In this document: piece after piece, positions 38,257 through 49,625 of the stretch
Layout: each line of letters opens with the position of its first letter
How positions within the stretch are numbered: the stretch's first letter is position 1
NCBI GenBank assembly: GCA_048013815.1
Contig: CM106586.1
Span: 1,364,001 to 1,428,000, forward strand
DNA length: 64,000 bases
Origin: Setoptus koraiensis
Lineage: Eukaryota; Animalia; Arthropoda
Direction of reading: 5' to 3'
Program-made: the position numbers and the translations under genes
Notes under the pieces: model-generated
What the model was told of the DNA's origin: nothing
Seen by the model: the letters and a program-made list of their open reading frames with translations, nothing else
Database searches by the model: none

Positions 38257-39495
38257 ATGCTTCATTTGTTGGAGCTTATACTTCCTTACCGTTTCGCCAT
38301 CATTGCTAGCTTAGTATTTTTGTTATGTTCACTCATGTTACATAACGCGCGCGCGCAAACACACGCACACATTTCGGCGTTAGCTAACTGATCTGACCTT
38401 AAGATGCTGAAACTATGCATATACTTATATACTAACAAAATTAAGTTAGAAAAATTAATTAGAGCTGTTCGAATCCTCTCAATCGCCCTTAGCGACAAGT
38501 GTTTGTGAGCTCTATCTGGGACGTCACATGAACGTTTCGGTCTTATCTGAAAACGAGGACAAGCATTTGCAAAAACCTGCAAATCATGCCAAACCGGGCG
38601 TTATATGTTGTGAATGCTCTGCTTATTTTGGCTATGCCTCTTGCCAACACTTCTATGGAACTTCCGAGACAAAGCGGGTTCGACCGTTTTAACGAGAGGG
38701 AGGAAACCCTATTGGACACTTAGATGTTTAGGAGGGCAACATCGCTTACGTTAAGAACATTCTCCACGCATGACTTTGAGAGCTTTCTGCGACCCAAAAT
38801 CTGTGTTACATTAAGGATGTGTAGCAGCTAGAGGGTATTTTTGGAAAAATTTTTATCTGAGGTTGGGATTTTCTTTTTTGGGTAGAATATCAATAGTCGA
38901 TCATCTGGCATTGTGAGCGGATCTTCTGGTCACACCCATTTCTGACGAGATCTGGTATTTTTGTCATCTGCACTGGTTTTTTTAACTTTTCGGTCCGAAC
39001 CTGCGGTTGCACGATAAATTGCGTCGGCACACGGCTAGGTCTTGTCAAGATACGTGTGTTGACGAAGGAAAAATGGCAAAAAAGTATGGACATGGCCCCT
39101 CTGACCGCAACCGCACTCTCTAAATATGCCTAAAAACGCACAAAATTCGAATGCGATTTTTGTTCATTTTTGCTTACAGGAGATTAAATTTTGAACCTAG
39201 CGAATTTGATTCAAAACAAAAAGGTTGCAAGAAAGTCGCCACACTGATTGCAAAAAATGACGAGAGATCAATGTTGTCTGAGTTATCTGCAGGCCCACAC
39301 GGATTGGTCCAACTTTGAAACACAAGCTGTAGAAATGGCCTAGCTAGAGAAAAGGTTGTCAAGTTTTGTGACTATCAAGATAAAGTTCGAGCTATGACGA
39401 TTTTTTAATATGAGAAACCTTCTAAACCGGAAGTGGAGCTGTACAATGATCCATCTTTTGCTAGAGCACAATCAGCTAAGGTATCGAAAGATTGA
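38257..39495 (+). pseudogene. Decayed paralog (psi-A) of the orphan six-Cys membrane protein family, tail-to-tail with NLK copy 1
   Basis: Its 3' end translates YEKPSKPEVELYNDPSFARAQSAKVSKD*, homologous at DNA and protein level to the tails of the 48889 and 51509 ORFs. 38310-38450 resembles the shared leader block (cttagta.ttttgttatgt...gcgcgcgcg...gatgc..aaact). In-frame stops; no transmembrane segment found. Confidence 0.6.
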
Positions 39496-39506
39496 CCGAA
39501 TCGTTT

Positions 39507-41009
39507 AGTATAACAATATAATGTATTGAAAGCATGTGAGAAAACGAATGGATCGGCCAAAGGAACCGAGCGGTCGTGAAAAATTTGTGACCGACAAAGC
39601 AAAACTACACGCCAGTTATAGTAACAACTATAAATTTCAATTTTAAGATACTCAATAAAAAGTCTCATGAATAATAATAGTATCAAATGTGATACACATT
39701 GAAAAAGAAATAATCTCATGTTTTAATCTTTGGTCAAATTAGATTGTTCTATCCTTCCCATTGATGTGGGCTAGGTGGTAGTTCGGACGGATGTGCAACA
39801 GTTGAAGATGTGAAGGATTTGAAAGCGGCTGAGTGAGGGTTTATGCACAAAGGGGTCCTAGCGGAACTAGCGCACCTTTCCAAAATAGTCTTGTGTAACA
39901 ACTCTGTGATATTTCAAATATACATTCAAGGATAAATGATGAAATTGTTAGTACTGCGTGCGAGAAATGATGAGATATTTCAGTGATAATTGAGTGAACA
40001 AAACTAACCTTTAACTTGTGTGACATAAACTAAGTCACGTTCAAAGCCATCGTCAAATGGGATAGGAGCTGTGGGTTCTAGATCACAACAAAACTTTCTT
40101 GCTCCTTGTATAGAGTGACAACATTTGCACATACAAGAATGATATCGTATTCTGCCCTCTTCCAAATATGGGTGATTTAAGGCAGTAGCACCATCAATTC
40201 TTTTATCAGGATTAAATACCAACATCTGACATAACAAGTGGACAGCTTCATGTGTTGCTTGCGAGGATAAAATGTACAGGGCAGTAAGTGCTGGTTGTTT
40301 GAAGGGACTCCTTCTTATGTGATTCTTTGCTCCTTGACAAGCGTATTTCATGTCCTCATTTGAAGGGGTACCTAATAAATCAACAATTAAATCTAGTTGC
40401 TGGACAGGTGTCTGAGCCTGAAATAATATTCTTCTACCAAGAAGCTCAGCAAAAATACATCCGACAGACCAAATATCTATAGCTGACGAATAATGTTTAG
40501 CTCCCATAAGTAGTTCAGGCGCTCGATAATATTGTGTCACTACCTCCAAGGTCATGTGCTTATACCGATCTGGTTCCACTCTGGCTAATCCAAAATCACA
40601 AATCTTTAACAAACAATTACTATTTACTAATAGGTTACCAGGTTTGATATCACGATGTAATATTTTTGCCGAGTGCAAATACTTCAAACCTCTCAAAGTT
40701 TGATAAAGAAATATTTTGACGTGATCAGATGTCAGGGGTTGGGATGATACAATAATCTTGTGTAGATCGGATTGCATAAGCTCGGTTATCACATATAATT
40801 CCTGAAAATAATCTAAATGAGGTGGTTGTAATATATCTAATGCTGACATGACATTTTCATGTTTAAGGAAGCATAGCATTTTGATCTCACGCAACACACG
40901 TTTACTTGAGACAAAATTTTGGAAGACATTGGGCATCTTTTTGAGAGCCACTTTTTTTCCGTCCCTTGGGTCCGTCACCGACCAAACGATACCAAACGCT
41001 CCATATCCG
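39507..41009. repeat. Segmental duplication unit 1a (NLK kinase domain, last intron, last exon and 3' flank), matching 49626..51128
   Basis: Colinear at a constant offset of 10119 bp. From 39521 on I see only about four substitutions (39537, 39561, 39612, 39845) before the 5' junction. Confidence 0.95.
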
Positions 41010-41095
41010 ATGGGTCTGTCCGGCTGGAATTCGGAATTAACACCGTTAACAGAGGAAGAAGATGAAGACGATGACCAAGCAACAGAACACATCAC
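39749..41095 (-). CDS. NLK: Nemo-like kinase, copy 1 (exons about 41122/41092-40009 and 39903-39749)
   Basis: PDRPIGYGAFG, VALKKMPNVFQN, HRDIKPGNLLVNSNC, DFG, EVVTQYYRAPE. A 105-bp intron adds ELLHK...PLCINPHSAAFKSFTSSTVAHPSELPPSPHQWEG*, the typical NLK/nemo C-terminus. An upstream exon is possible (acceptor at 41123). Confidence 0.95.
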
Positions 41096-42780
41096 AAAGT
41101 TAATGTTGTAGTTGTTTTTTTCCTATAGTACGACAAATATATATCATCAAATTAATTTGGCAGTCGAAGGTTATAATAATGTGAAATAGTAATAATATCC
41201 TGCCTTTGTTCTATCGTAAAGCTCAAATAGCTGTAATAGCAGTAATAATAATAATAATAATAACAAATCTATTTCGTTTTTGGCGTCATCCAAGGGGCAT
41301 CAAGTAATATATCGGACAACTTGGTGGTGTTGGTTGTAGGCTCTCAGAACTGGGGAGATTTTGAATTCCATTACAGTTGCTCATCGCTCGTCACATTTAC
41401 ATACATACATACATATGTGAGTATGTATATGTATGTATATGTGTGTGCATATATATTTTTTATAGATCTTTTATATAGATAAATATAAATATATAAATGT
41501 TATAATAATAGTAATAATATTGATAAATTTTTCTTCTCTTTTCAGTATCTATGAGCGTGTGTACGTGTGTATTTATTCGTGTTTAATTATTTATTTGTCT
41601 GCTTGTGAGTATGTTATGCTTGTGTGTCTCTACTCGTTATATGACGCCAGATTTGAGGATTGTTGTTGTTGTGGGATTAGTTTCTTCAGCAGAATTTGTC
41701 TTAAATGAGTTCTGTGTACACGCCGATGGCTGGATTTTATAATTAGTGGACGGACAGAAGGATGGTTATAAATTGAGGGCACACGCACATAAGACACATA
41801 CAGACAATTAGCCTACGGGACCAAGATTTTATTTTATAACACAATTCTTTTCCTCCTAATTATTACTAGTTTTAATGAGTTTAAATTTGGTAACAACAAT
41901 TAAAGTATTGTGTTATATATGTAAATTTGTATGCTGTTAGAGATGAGCTTGTTTGGTTATTATCACACTCAATATAGATGAGAAGTTGCTATTGTTTTGA
42001 TCAATAGTCAAGTTGGTGCCTATATGTGATGTATGATTGTTGGTTGGATTATATTGCGATAGGCAGTTGATGGTGCTGCATTGACTAATGTCGCCTCTTT
42101 CGTGTCTCTTAAGTGTATATAGAAGCTGTTATTTGAATTTCGACTTCTTCTTAGATACTTTTTATCAATGTAAGAATATAGTCGTCTAGTTGAGCAAGTT
42201 AATAATTTAGTTAGTTGATAGATTGTTGCATGAATGATGATAATATTGATTACATGGACGATAATGGATCGATGATGGCGATGCTGGCTGGGATAAAAGA
42301 AACCTCAAGCTCAACGGATAGAGGTGAGTGTAGTTTGCGTTAGTGCAGTTTTATAAATACTACTACTACTAGTGCTGTTGCTGTTGCTGTTGTTGCTGTT
42401 GGTGACGATAGTAGTGATGGCAAAGATGCTGATGACAGTGGTAGTGGTGCAGCAGCAACGACGACGAACTATCGACAATCGAATCATACGACGACGACGG
42501 CGACGACGAGGACGGCGATGATGGGTGAGTAAGTGAGACGAGCGAGCAAATCAACGAACGGCGAATGGACGGGCCATCGAACGACGACGACGGCGACGAG
42601 CATTAACAATAATAGTATTAATTTTGCAGAAACAGCTCAAGCGGCGGCGGCAGCAGCAGCAACAACGACAACGACAGCGCCAGCAGCGGCGATGTTGTGT
42701 CTGCAGAATTTGCCCGTGTGTCTACTTGTGTTCGAGTAAATTCCACTATTCGATCGCTAGTGCGTCAGTTTGTGCGTCAA

Positions 42781-42784
<4 letters not shown>

Positions 42785-42823
<39 letters not shown>
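42785..42823. repeat. (TCTG)n tetranucleotide microsatellite
   Basis: Read directly. Confidence 0.88.
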
Positions 42824-42825
<2 letters not shown>

Positions 42826-43963
42826 TAGTTAGTGGTAAATGCGACTGTAGTGAGTAGTGTGCGCAGAACGCAGCAGGCAATGGATCCAATCGGTGGTAGT
42901 GACGGCAATGCTATAGTACATACTAGAGTTGTGAAACTGCACACAAAGCAGACACACGCACAAACAGACAGTCAATCGCTCAATAGCCTTACTTGTGACA
43001 CACACTCAAACAGACAGAAAAGAAACGGGGAAAAAACCTGTGAGGGGCAAGACGAAATAACCCCGTGGCTTGTTGAGTTGCACTCAAATGCACTGTTAAC
43101 AATTCCATGTCCAGTGTGCTGTGTGAGCTTTTGCCAACGACTCTTGGGTCGCTTTTTATTCTCCGCCAGAGGCGCAGAGAGCGCGCAAGGATGCACAATC
43201 GAGTGCACGGTGTCTCGGTAAATGTTGAAAGCGTTCGACAGTACAGGGCTCAATGCGCCGACCGAAGCCACTCGCGGTGCGCATGAAACCTAAGGTGCGC
43301 CGCCCTGGCGGCTTAAACGAAAAAGAAGCGACCGGTAGAGATTGGGAGCGAGGCAGAGTGTGCATTGTAACTTATTGCGTTTGTTGGGTTGCTGTAGGAC
43401 GCTAGTGCCATTAATGTTGGCCTGCGTCTACCATTAATGCAGCCAGTCTGGCAGTCTCTTTGTGTTGGCCATTCGTTGGACTGTTCGACTCGTTGTGTGT
43501 GTGTGTGTGTGTTCAGTTAGCCTATACTCAGTATAGTGTGTACTGTACTTTTGAACTAATGATTGTTGTTAGTGCTGTTAACCTAGAAACGGAGTAAAGC
43601 GAGTTGAGAGTTCTGTTCAATTGCATGCTGGCAGCAGTGCTAAGAATGCCGCTGCTGGCTCACACAGTGCTAACACTCACACTGAACGGTGCAGTGTGTT
43701 TGCTGGCTATAGACACTAAATGGAGGCCAGAAGTAGGACGAAGGCGACGGTCATAGTGACGACGTAGTAATATAGTAGCGCACTGTTGTATTCAGGCCAG
43801 TGGTGCCTATAGGCTGCCTATTGCAATGGCTATCTGTCGGCTTGCCTGCCAGCCGGTTGGCCTGTGTGCGCTGGCAACTTGCTGCACAATCGGTCGAGTG
43901 TGAGCTGCATCGAACCAGACCCGACCCGGCCCAATCCAACCTGACCTGACTGACCGGACCCGA

Positions 43964-44218
43964 CCAAACCAAACCAAACCAAACCAAACCAAACCAAACC
44001 AAACCAAACCAAACCAAACCAAACCAAACCAAACCAAACCAAACCAAACCAAACCAAACCAAACCAAACCAAACCAAACCAAACCAAACCAAACCAAACC
44101 AAACCAAACCAAACCAAACCAAACCAAACCAAACCAAACCAAACCAAACCAAACCAAACCAAACCAAACCAAACCAAACCAAACCAAACCAAACCAAACC
44201 AAACCAAACCAAACCAAA
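43964..44218. repeat. (CCAAA)51 / (TTTGG)n pentanucleotide array with degenerate pentamer flanks
   Basis: 255-bp perfect run; it explains the WFGLV-repeat ORFs. Confidence 0.97.
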
Positions 44219-44477
44219 ACGAATCGAATGGAAACAAACCAGACCGGGCAAGACAGGAGAGAACCCAAGCGGACCGGACAAGACCGAAGAGCGAGCTGGA
44301 GTGAACTGAATGAGAGCGAACAAAACAGTCTTTTATGTAGAGTGTGTTGTGGTGAAAAGGCTGCTAAGGCTAACACAAGACGACCAATGGTGGAACAAGA
44401 GCGATATAAAGTGGCACTTCTATTGTGGGTCGTCGTGTGTGTGTTGTGTTTGGAAATTCTTTTTATACTCTATATAG

Positions 44478-44480
<3 letters not shown>

Positions 44481-44554
<74 letters not shown>

Positions 44555-44576
44555 GAGAGAGAGAGAGAGAGAGAGA
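44481..44576. repeat. Compound (CA)n(GA)n microsatellite
   Basis: Read directly. Confidence 0.93.
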
Positions 44577-47489
44577 ACAAGCGAGAGGTTTGAGGTTGAG
44601 AGTGGCGCAAGAAAAGGAGGGCAACTTGGCTGGCGTTGCTCTGGCTGTTGCTGTCGCAGTTAAACTAGCACAGTTACAGACAATTCGCTGCGCTCGATTT
44701 GTCTGAAAATCGAACAAACGGTAATAATTCGCTCGCTGTGTTCTTACATTGTGTGTGTAGGCGCCAGTGTAGTATTTGCATGACTACACCGAATATTACA
44801 ATGTGTGTTGCGATATATTACAATATATATCACAATATCGAATACATCGATTCGAAAGAGTTGCGCCAGGCACAACTTGATTGCAAGAAGCGCCAGATAA
44901 TAGACAACAACTGTGTTAGCGAAGGTAACACACATGAGACAATCATTAACTGTGGCAAATAATGAACATATGGCCACATTGATGCTTGTGTGACATATTT
45001 TTTGCAACTTAAAAATAAACACTTGTTACTCTCTCGCTCACGATGCCTGGACAGTGGCGACAACATTTTACACTACATATCATATATTGAAAGTTGGCCA
45101 CATTGTATGTGCCTCGCTAGGCTAGAAATTCGGCATTCGAATCTCGAATCTCGGATTTCGGAGTTGGGATTTCAAATTCGAATTTCGAGTTTCGAAGCTA
45201 GCGAGCACAAATTGTTGCTTTGATGCGACACATTTGTGGCCAATCGCAGCGACCAATTTCTTCTACAGGGCACAGGGCTTAAGTTTCGTTTGATGGGCAA
45301 TCGAGTGGACGAATGGACACAGACGCATACGGACAGGGCAGTAAAATTAGATTAGTCACCACCATTACTGCTGACTATTGTGTGTAGTTTGGAGCCCCGA
45401 CAAGTTGCATCTTGGAAGCGCTAGCGGTGCGGGCAGTGTTCGAAGTTCCAAGCATTCGAACTGGCGCACATTCGTGCGGTGCTTGCAGGATAGAGAGAAC
45501 GCGCGACCTGGAGCCACTCTAATGGCTTTTGCAGTGGTCAATTCTCTTTGCTATCCACTGTCCGTCCACAACTATTCACACGACTATCGCTGGCAAAAGC
45601 TGGCAAAGTTCGCAAATGCTCGAGCCCTGAGACGCACCACAAATTGTTCGCTGGTGTTTGTGTGTAGCTGGCTTGCAGTGGATAGTTGGTTTGGGTTGCT
45701 GGCGTTCACGCTGATGCACCGTGATTGATCAGTTGGCCCAGGGATACAACACAAAGAGCGCACATTCACCAAGTGTGCGAATTGGCCCTTCGAGAAAAAA
45801 GAATTCCAAGCCAAGCAAGATTCTCTTCGAAATTCGAACGCTCCGTGTTCCATTTAAATCATCATGACACCAATGTGCAATGCTATGCGCGTGCAGCAAC
45901 TGGTGCCACCACGAGCTCCAGCACGAAAGAAACACGCCACAGAAGAGAGTTGGGCTTAAAATTAAAGGTCGACGGCAGTCTGAAAGTCTTCATTTGAGCC
46001 ATGTGCTGCGATCGTTGTTCGCGATCGCTTCGAAATGGAATATTCGTTTCCAAAGTCGCCCTATAAAACAGCGCGCTGCTTGTGTTTATGTTGCTGGTGT
46101 CTTTTGTATATTTAGCACATTTCCATTTTCGCATCCTGGCCAGCACAAATATACTTGCACGTTGTTTATATCTATGTGTTGTTGTTGTTGTTTCAACTAA
46201 CTTTGCTACTGCCACGGCTGCTTGTTGATGCTTCGCGTATGATGAATATTCATTCTGCTCTACGACGCTTCTTTCTCTTATTATGCCGAGCTGCTGACCA
46301 TCTCGTATGGCCACAGTGATGCCCAAATGTTGCCTCTGGCATGGTGCTATTACGAGCCAGTGGCCCTGTAATGTCAATTCGAGCAACTGCAAAGTTGATA
46401 CGAGCATAGTTTTGTTGTGCATTTTGGTTAGCTCAAAGGCGACACCATCAATCGGTGGTCAGAAAAACAGTCGCCATTGATTGATTCTTCGGATTCATTC
46501 AAATCCAACCACTCAAGTCTCGAATCACTTGAATGATATGCCAAAATTATGATTGTGATTATTATGAGTGATATAAATACATGGGCGACACTGCTGCACC
46601 ACATTAATGAGTTGCTAATAAAACAATAATAACAAATATCATAATTATTTGTGCCACACACAACAAACTTTGTTCCTGGTCCAGTGTCTCTGACCATCAT
46701 CTCAGAGCATGAAAGCAAAAACATGTCGTCCTATTTGCTCATTCTTCACGTTGTCGTATGTCTCGCCAAGAGATAATTTGAGTTGAAAATCAAATGGAGC
46801 AACCGTGCAAATCACCAATAACCAGCCCCCTCCCTCCCAAGGTAGGATGACAATCGCGTGGACACAGTCAACATCTTTTTTGTTTGTTGTATCTTGCCCG
46901 GCTGACAAGTTTACATTGGTGAGCTCACAAGAAACTCTCAATCATAATTTGTATGACTTGATTTCGCACAGCTGACCTAGGATTATTAGCAGTGAATCAA
47001 TTAGAGTAATGCACCAGATCTTTGTCTCTATTTTTAGAGCAATTTGTTGTGAGTTGTTCACCACCACAACTACTTCTAATAATAATCTAGTGCTTGGGCG
47101 TTGTTGTTATTGTTGCTGTTGCCGTCGCTGCTGCCGCTGTGAAGCATGTTTGTGGCGACATACCAGGAAATAATAATAGTAATAATAATAAAAAACTCTC
47201 CTGTGAAATAAGCGATTTCTACAAGCGTATTGTGTCTGAATAAATGAGTGTGTGATCTAGCCGAGAGTTGAGAGACGAGCGACGAGATAACGGAGTCTTC
47301 TTCTCGAGGCCCAACCAGTTTTTTTCTTTCCCTCTTCTCAGACTAATGACGGATGCAGCCTGTCTACCGAGTAACTGTATAGGACTTTCATCATTCAACT
47401 CAACTTTAGAGCTTTATCTAAACGAGAAATAATTCCCATCCTCTCATGCCCATTTAGCCAGCCAGATATATTATGCGATATGGCTGGCT

Positions 47490-47490
<1 letters not shown>

Positions 47491-47564
<74 letters not shown>

Positions 47565-47566
47565 GA
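47491..47566. repeat. Compound (GA)n/(GACA)n microsatellite
   Basis: Read directly. Confidence 0.88.
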
Positions 47567-47990
47567 GGGAAGGCAAAAGAAGGGGCAATCAAGTCCGAGC
47601 TAACCACCATAGTATTCTGTAACTCTTTTCCATAGCCGCTTGAACACATAGACACATCTCACAACATTTATACAATAATCTTCGTGCCTGAAACGGCATA
47701 CAAGACAAGCCGGCCTGACAAGTCTCTAATGATGATACTGCCAATCTTCTAGCGAGATCAATGAGCGAGCCAACGAATCAGTGGGTAAGATTGGCAACGA
47801 TTGTTTGTTGTTGTTTCCCCGCAACAATCTTCTATCAAGTTGGCTCTGAATCAACTGTTGCCGCTGCTGTTGCCGTTGTTGTTGTTGCAGCTGTAGCAAC
47901 AACAACAGGTGAATATTTGTTGGCCATTCTTTCCTCTTTTTCTCTCTTATCTTCGTGAACAACTAACGGTCGACTAACATGGAGACACAC

Positions 47991-47993
<3 letters not shown>

Positions 47994-48036
<43 letters not shown>
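47994..48036. repeat. (CA)n microsatellite
   Basis: Read directly. Confidence 0.9.
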
Positions 48037-48038
<2 letters not shown>

Positions 48039-48109
48039 AAGCAATAATATTCGGCCGACCAGCGGTTCTGGCAAAAAAGCGATCGTGTCCCAGTTTAGTT
48101 TGAGACTCT

Positions 48110-48526
48110 CCACCTCTGGCCTACCAACAAACTTACAATACTTGATAGGAGAACTGGCTCAAAGGCATTCTCACTGTCAGGCAATACAACAACTTCTCGG
48201 TTAGACCAGACTGATTCGTAATTTTGGTCGGCTTACCTGGCGCTGCACAGCTCACATAACAGCAATAACAAGTGCCAATTACTCTTTCTTTCTCGTAAGT
48301 TTTCCTCGTCATCGCAAGCGGCCCTAGAAACAACATCAACATCATGCAAACTCGCTTCACTTGATATGTGAAGCGAGCCCTAGTGAATGAAAAAATCACG
48401 ATAGGTTAGTACCCCGATTGTTCCCTTCCAGATTGCTTTAATATCCGGCAGTGGTACTGGAGCAGTAGTGCCAGCGTCATCGCTCATGGTCTTCAATAAC
48501 TAATTGACACTCTCTGGTCTAATTCT
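48110..48526 (-). pseudogene. Inverted, truncated paralog (psi-B) of the orphan membrane protein family
   Basis: The reverse complement of 48385-48526 aligns with 51470-51612 and reads MSDDAGTTAPVPLPDIKAIWKGTIGVLTYRDFFIH* (48487-48380), versus MSDDAATTAPVSLPDFDEICKGEWGLLTYRDFFIHS. Weaker frameshifted similarity continues towards 48110. Confidence 0.8.
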
Positions 48527-48535
48527 ACCATCGCG

Positions 48536-48828
48536 ATTGCTCAGCGCGCGTTCGAAACCATATCACTTGATGGCATTGCGTTGGAGTAGCTGAATTTCCT
48601 GTTATGTAAGGTCGCTTTTCGTCTGATTCTTGTGCATGTCTCGCGCTTTTTTGAATAACATGAGCCCCAATCTCTTAGTAGTTTTGTTATGTAAGCATTG
48701 TCCACTAGCCTAGCATGAGCGCGCGCGGGCACCTGATACGCTGATGCCAAACTTCAACTACATATCAGTACAGTTTGTCAGTTTTCATCTCTATCCCGAT
48801 TCTGAAGTTAGGTGACAAAAGTCGCATT
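48536..48828. repeat. Shared 293-bp leader block, copy 1 (matches 51163..51455)
   Basis: Offset 2627 bp; one mismatch seen (48619 T versus 51246 C). Confidence 0.95.
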
Positions 48829-49614
48829 TAACATTTCGAAATACCAAGATAAGATCAACCTAAAGATTCTTAAATCATAACTAGAACGATGGGCGACGAT
48901 GATCCAAGCACTGAGACACCCGTGTATGACATAATAAAAGATGTATTTTGTAAAGGAAATATTGGCAACTTAAACTACAAGGATTTTCTCATTTATGCTA
49001 ATTGTACATCAAAAGGGGAAGAGGCTGAATTCTACACATGGTGCGCTACATTAACACAAAGAAAAATTTCCGAAGAAGACAAATCGTCCGAGTGTTTCTA
49101 CGATCGCTTTCCCGGACACAACATTGCTGGAGATTATCTGCCTGACATATTCAAATTTCTTTGGCAGAAAAGCGAAAAGATGAGATATAAGGTCAAGAAA
49201 ATTGATGATATAGAACAAAACAATTGCACGGAATTAGAATTCAATGTTACAATTCAAGATGCGACAGACGTGGAAGAGTACTGCGAAAAACGAAGGGACA
49301 ACACTGATTGGAGTAAGTGGTCAACAACAGCCGCGACAATGGCACAGCCGGAGGGATTGTCACTATCGTCACTAGTTTTTCCGATCATTATGATATTTGT
49401 TGCTCTTTTTATTGTGGCATTCTTCGCAACAATTATCTTCTACTATATGAATTCCACTAATCGAAAATCAGGGGCTTCATCTAGGGTTTCCAATATTGCA
49501 GTCCAAACAGTGAGATCGGGAGTGAGGCCGTACAGAAATCCATCAATCGCTAGATCACAATCAGCAAGGTCACCATCAGCAAGGTCACCATCAGCTGGGG
49601 CTTCAATGGTTTAA
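48660..49614 (+). CDS. Orphan single-pass membrane protein TM1: six-Cys ectodomain, transmembrane helix, SARSP-repeat tail, C-terminal ASMV. Main ORF 48889..49614; predicted leader exons 48660-48690 and 48769-48811
   Basis: 241-aa ORF with hydrophobic segment LVFPIIMIFVALFIVAFFATIIFYY, N-glycosylation sequons (NCT, NVT) and an intact paralog at 51509. Leader exons inferred from GTAAGC/CAG and GTGACA/TAG splice sites. Confidence 0.8.
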
Positions 49615-49625
49615 CTGATTTGTCT

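Noticed and set aside
38460-38480. GTTCGAATCC tRNA T-loop-like motif
   Set aside because: No D-arm, anticodon arm or acceptor stem.
2278-41095. Apparent signalling gene cluster (PDE7, SOS, tsg, CREB, NLK)
   Set aside because: Interspersed with unrelated housekeeping genes, with no shared organisation; proximity in a compact genome is sufficient explanation.
43751-44376. ORFs with WFGLV repeats, and likewise the poly-V, THTH, CVCV, LSLS and ERER ORFs elsewhere
   Set aside because: These are stop-free translations of microsatellites.
46630-46724. CSEMMVRDTGPGTKFVVCGTNNYDIC resembles the semaphorin VCGTN motif
   Set aside because: No other Sema-domain motifs were found in any frame nearby, and the DNA is the TTGTTGTGTGTGG low-complexity type common here.
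48541-48750. Identical 69-aa minus-strand ORF repeated at 51168..51377
   Set aside because: Its conservation simply reflects the duplicated leader block; it is antisense to the predicted leader exons and has no protein features.
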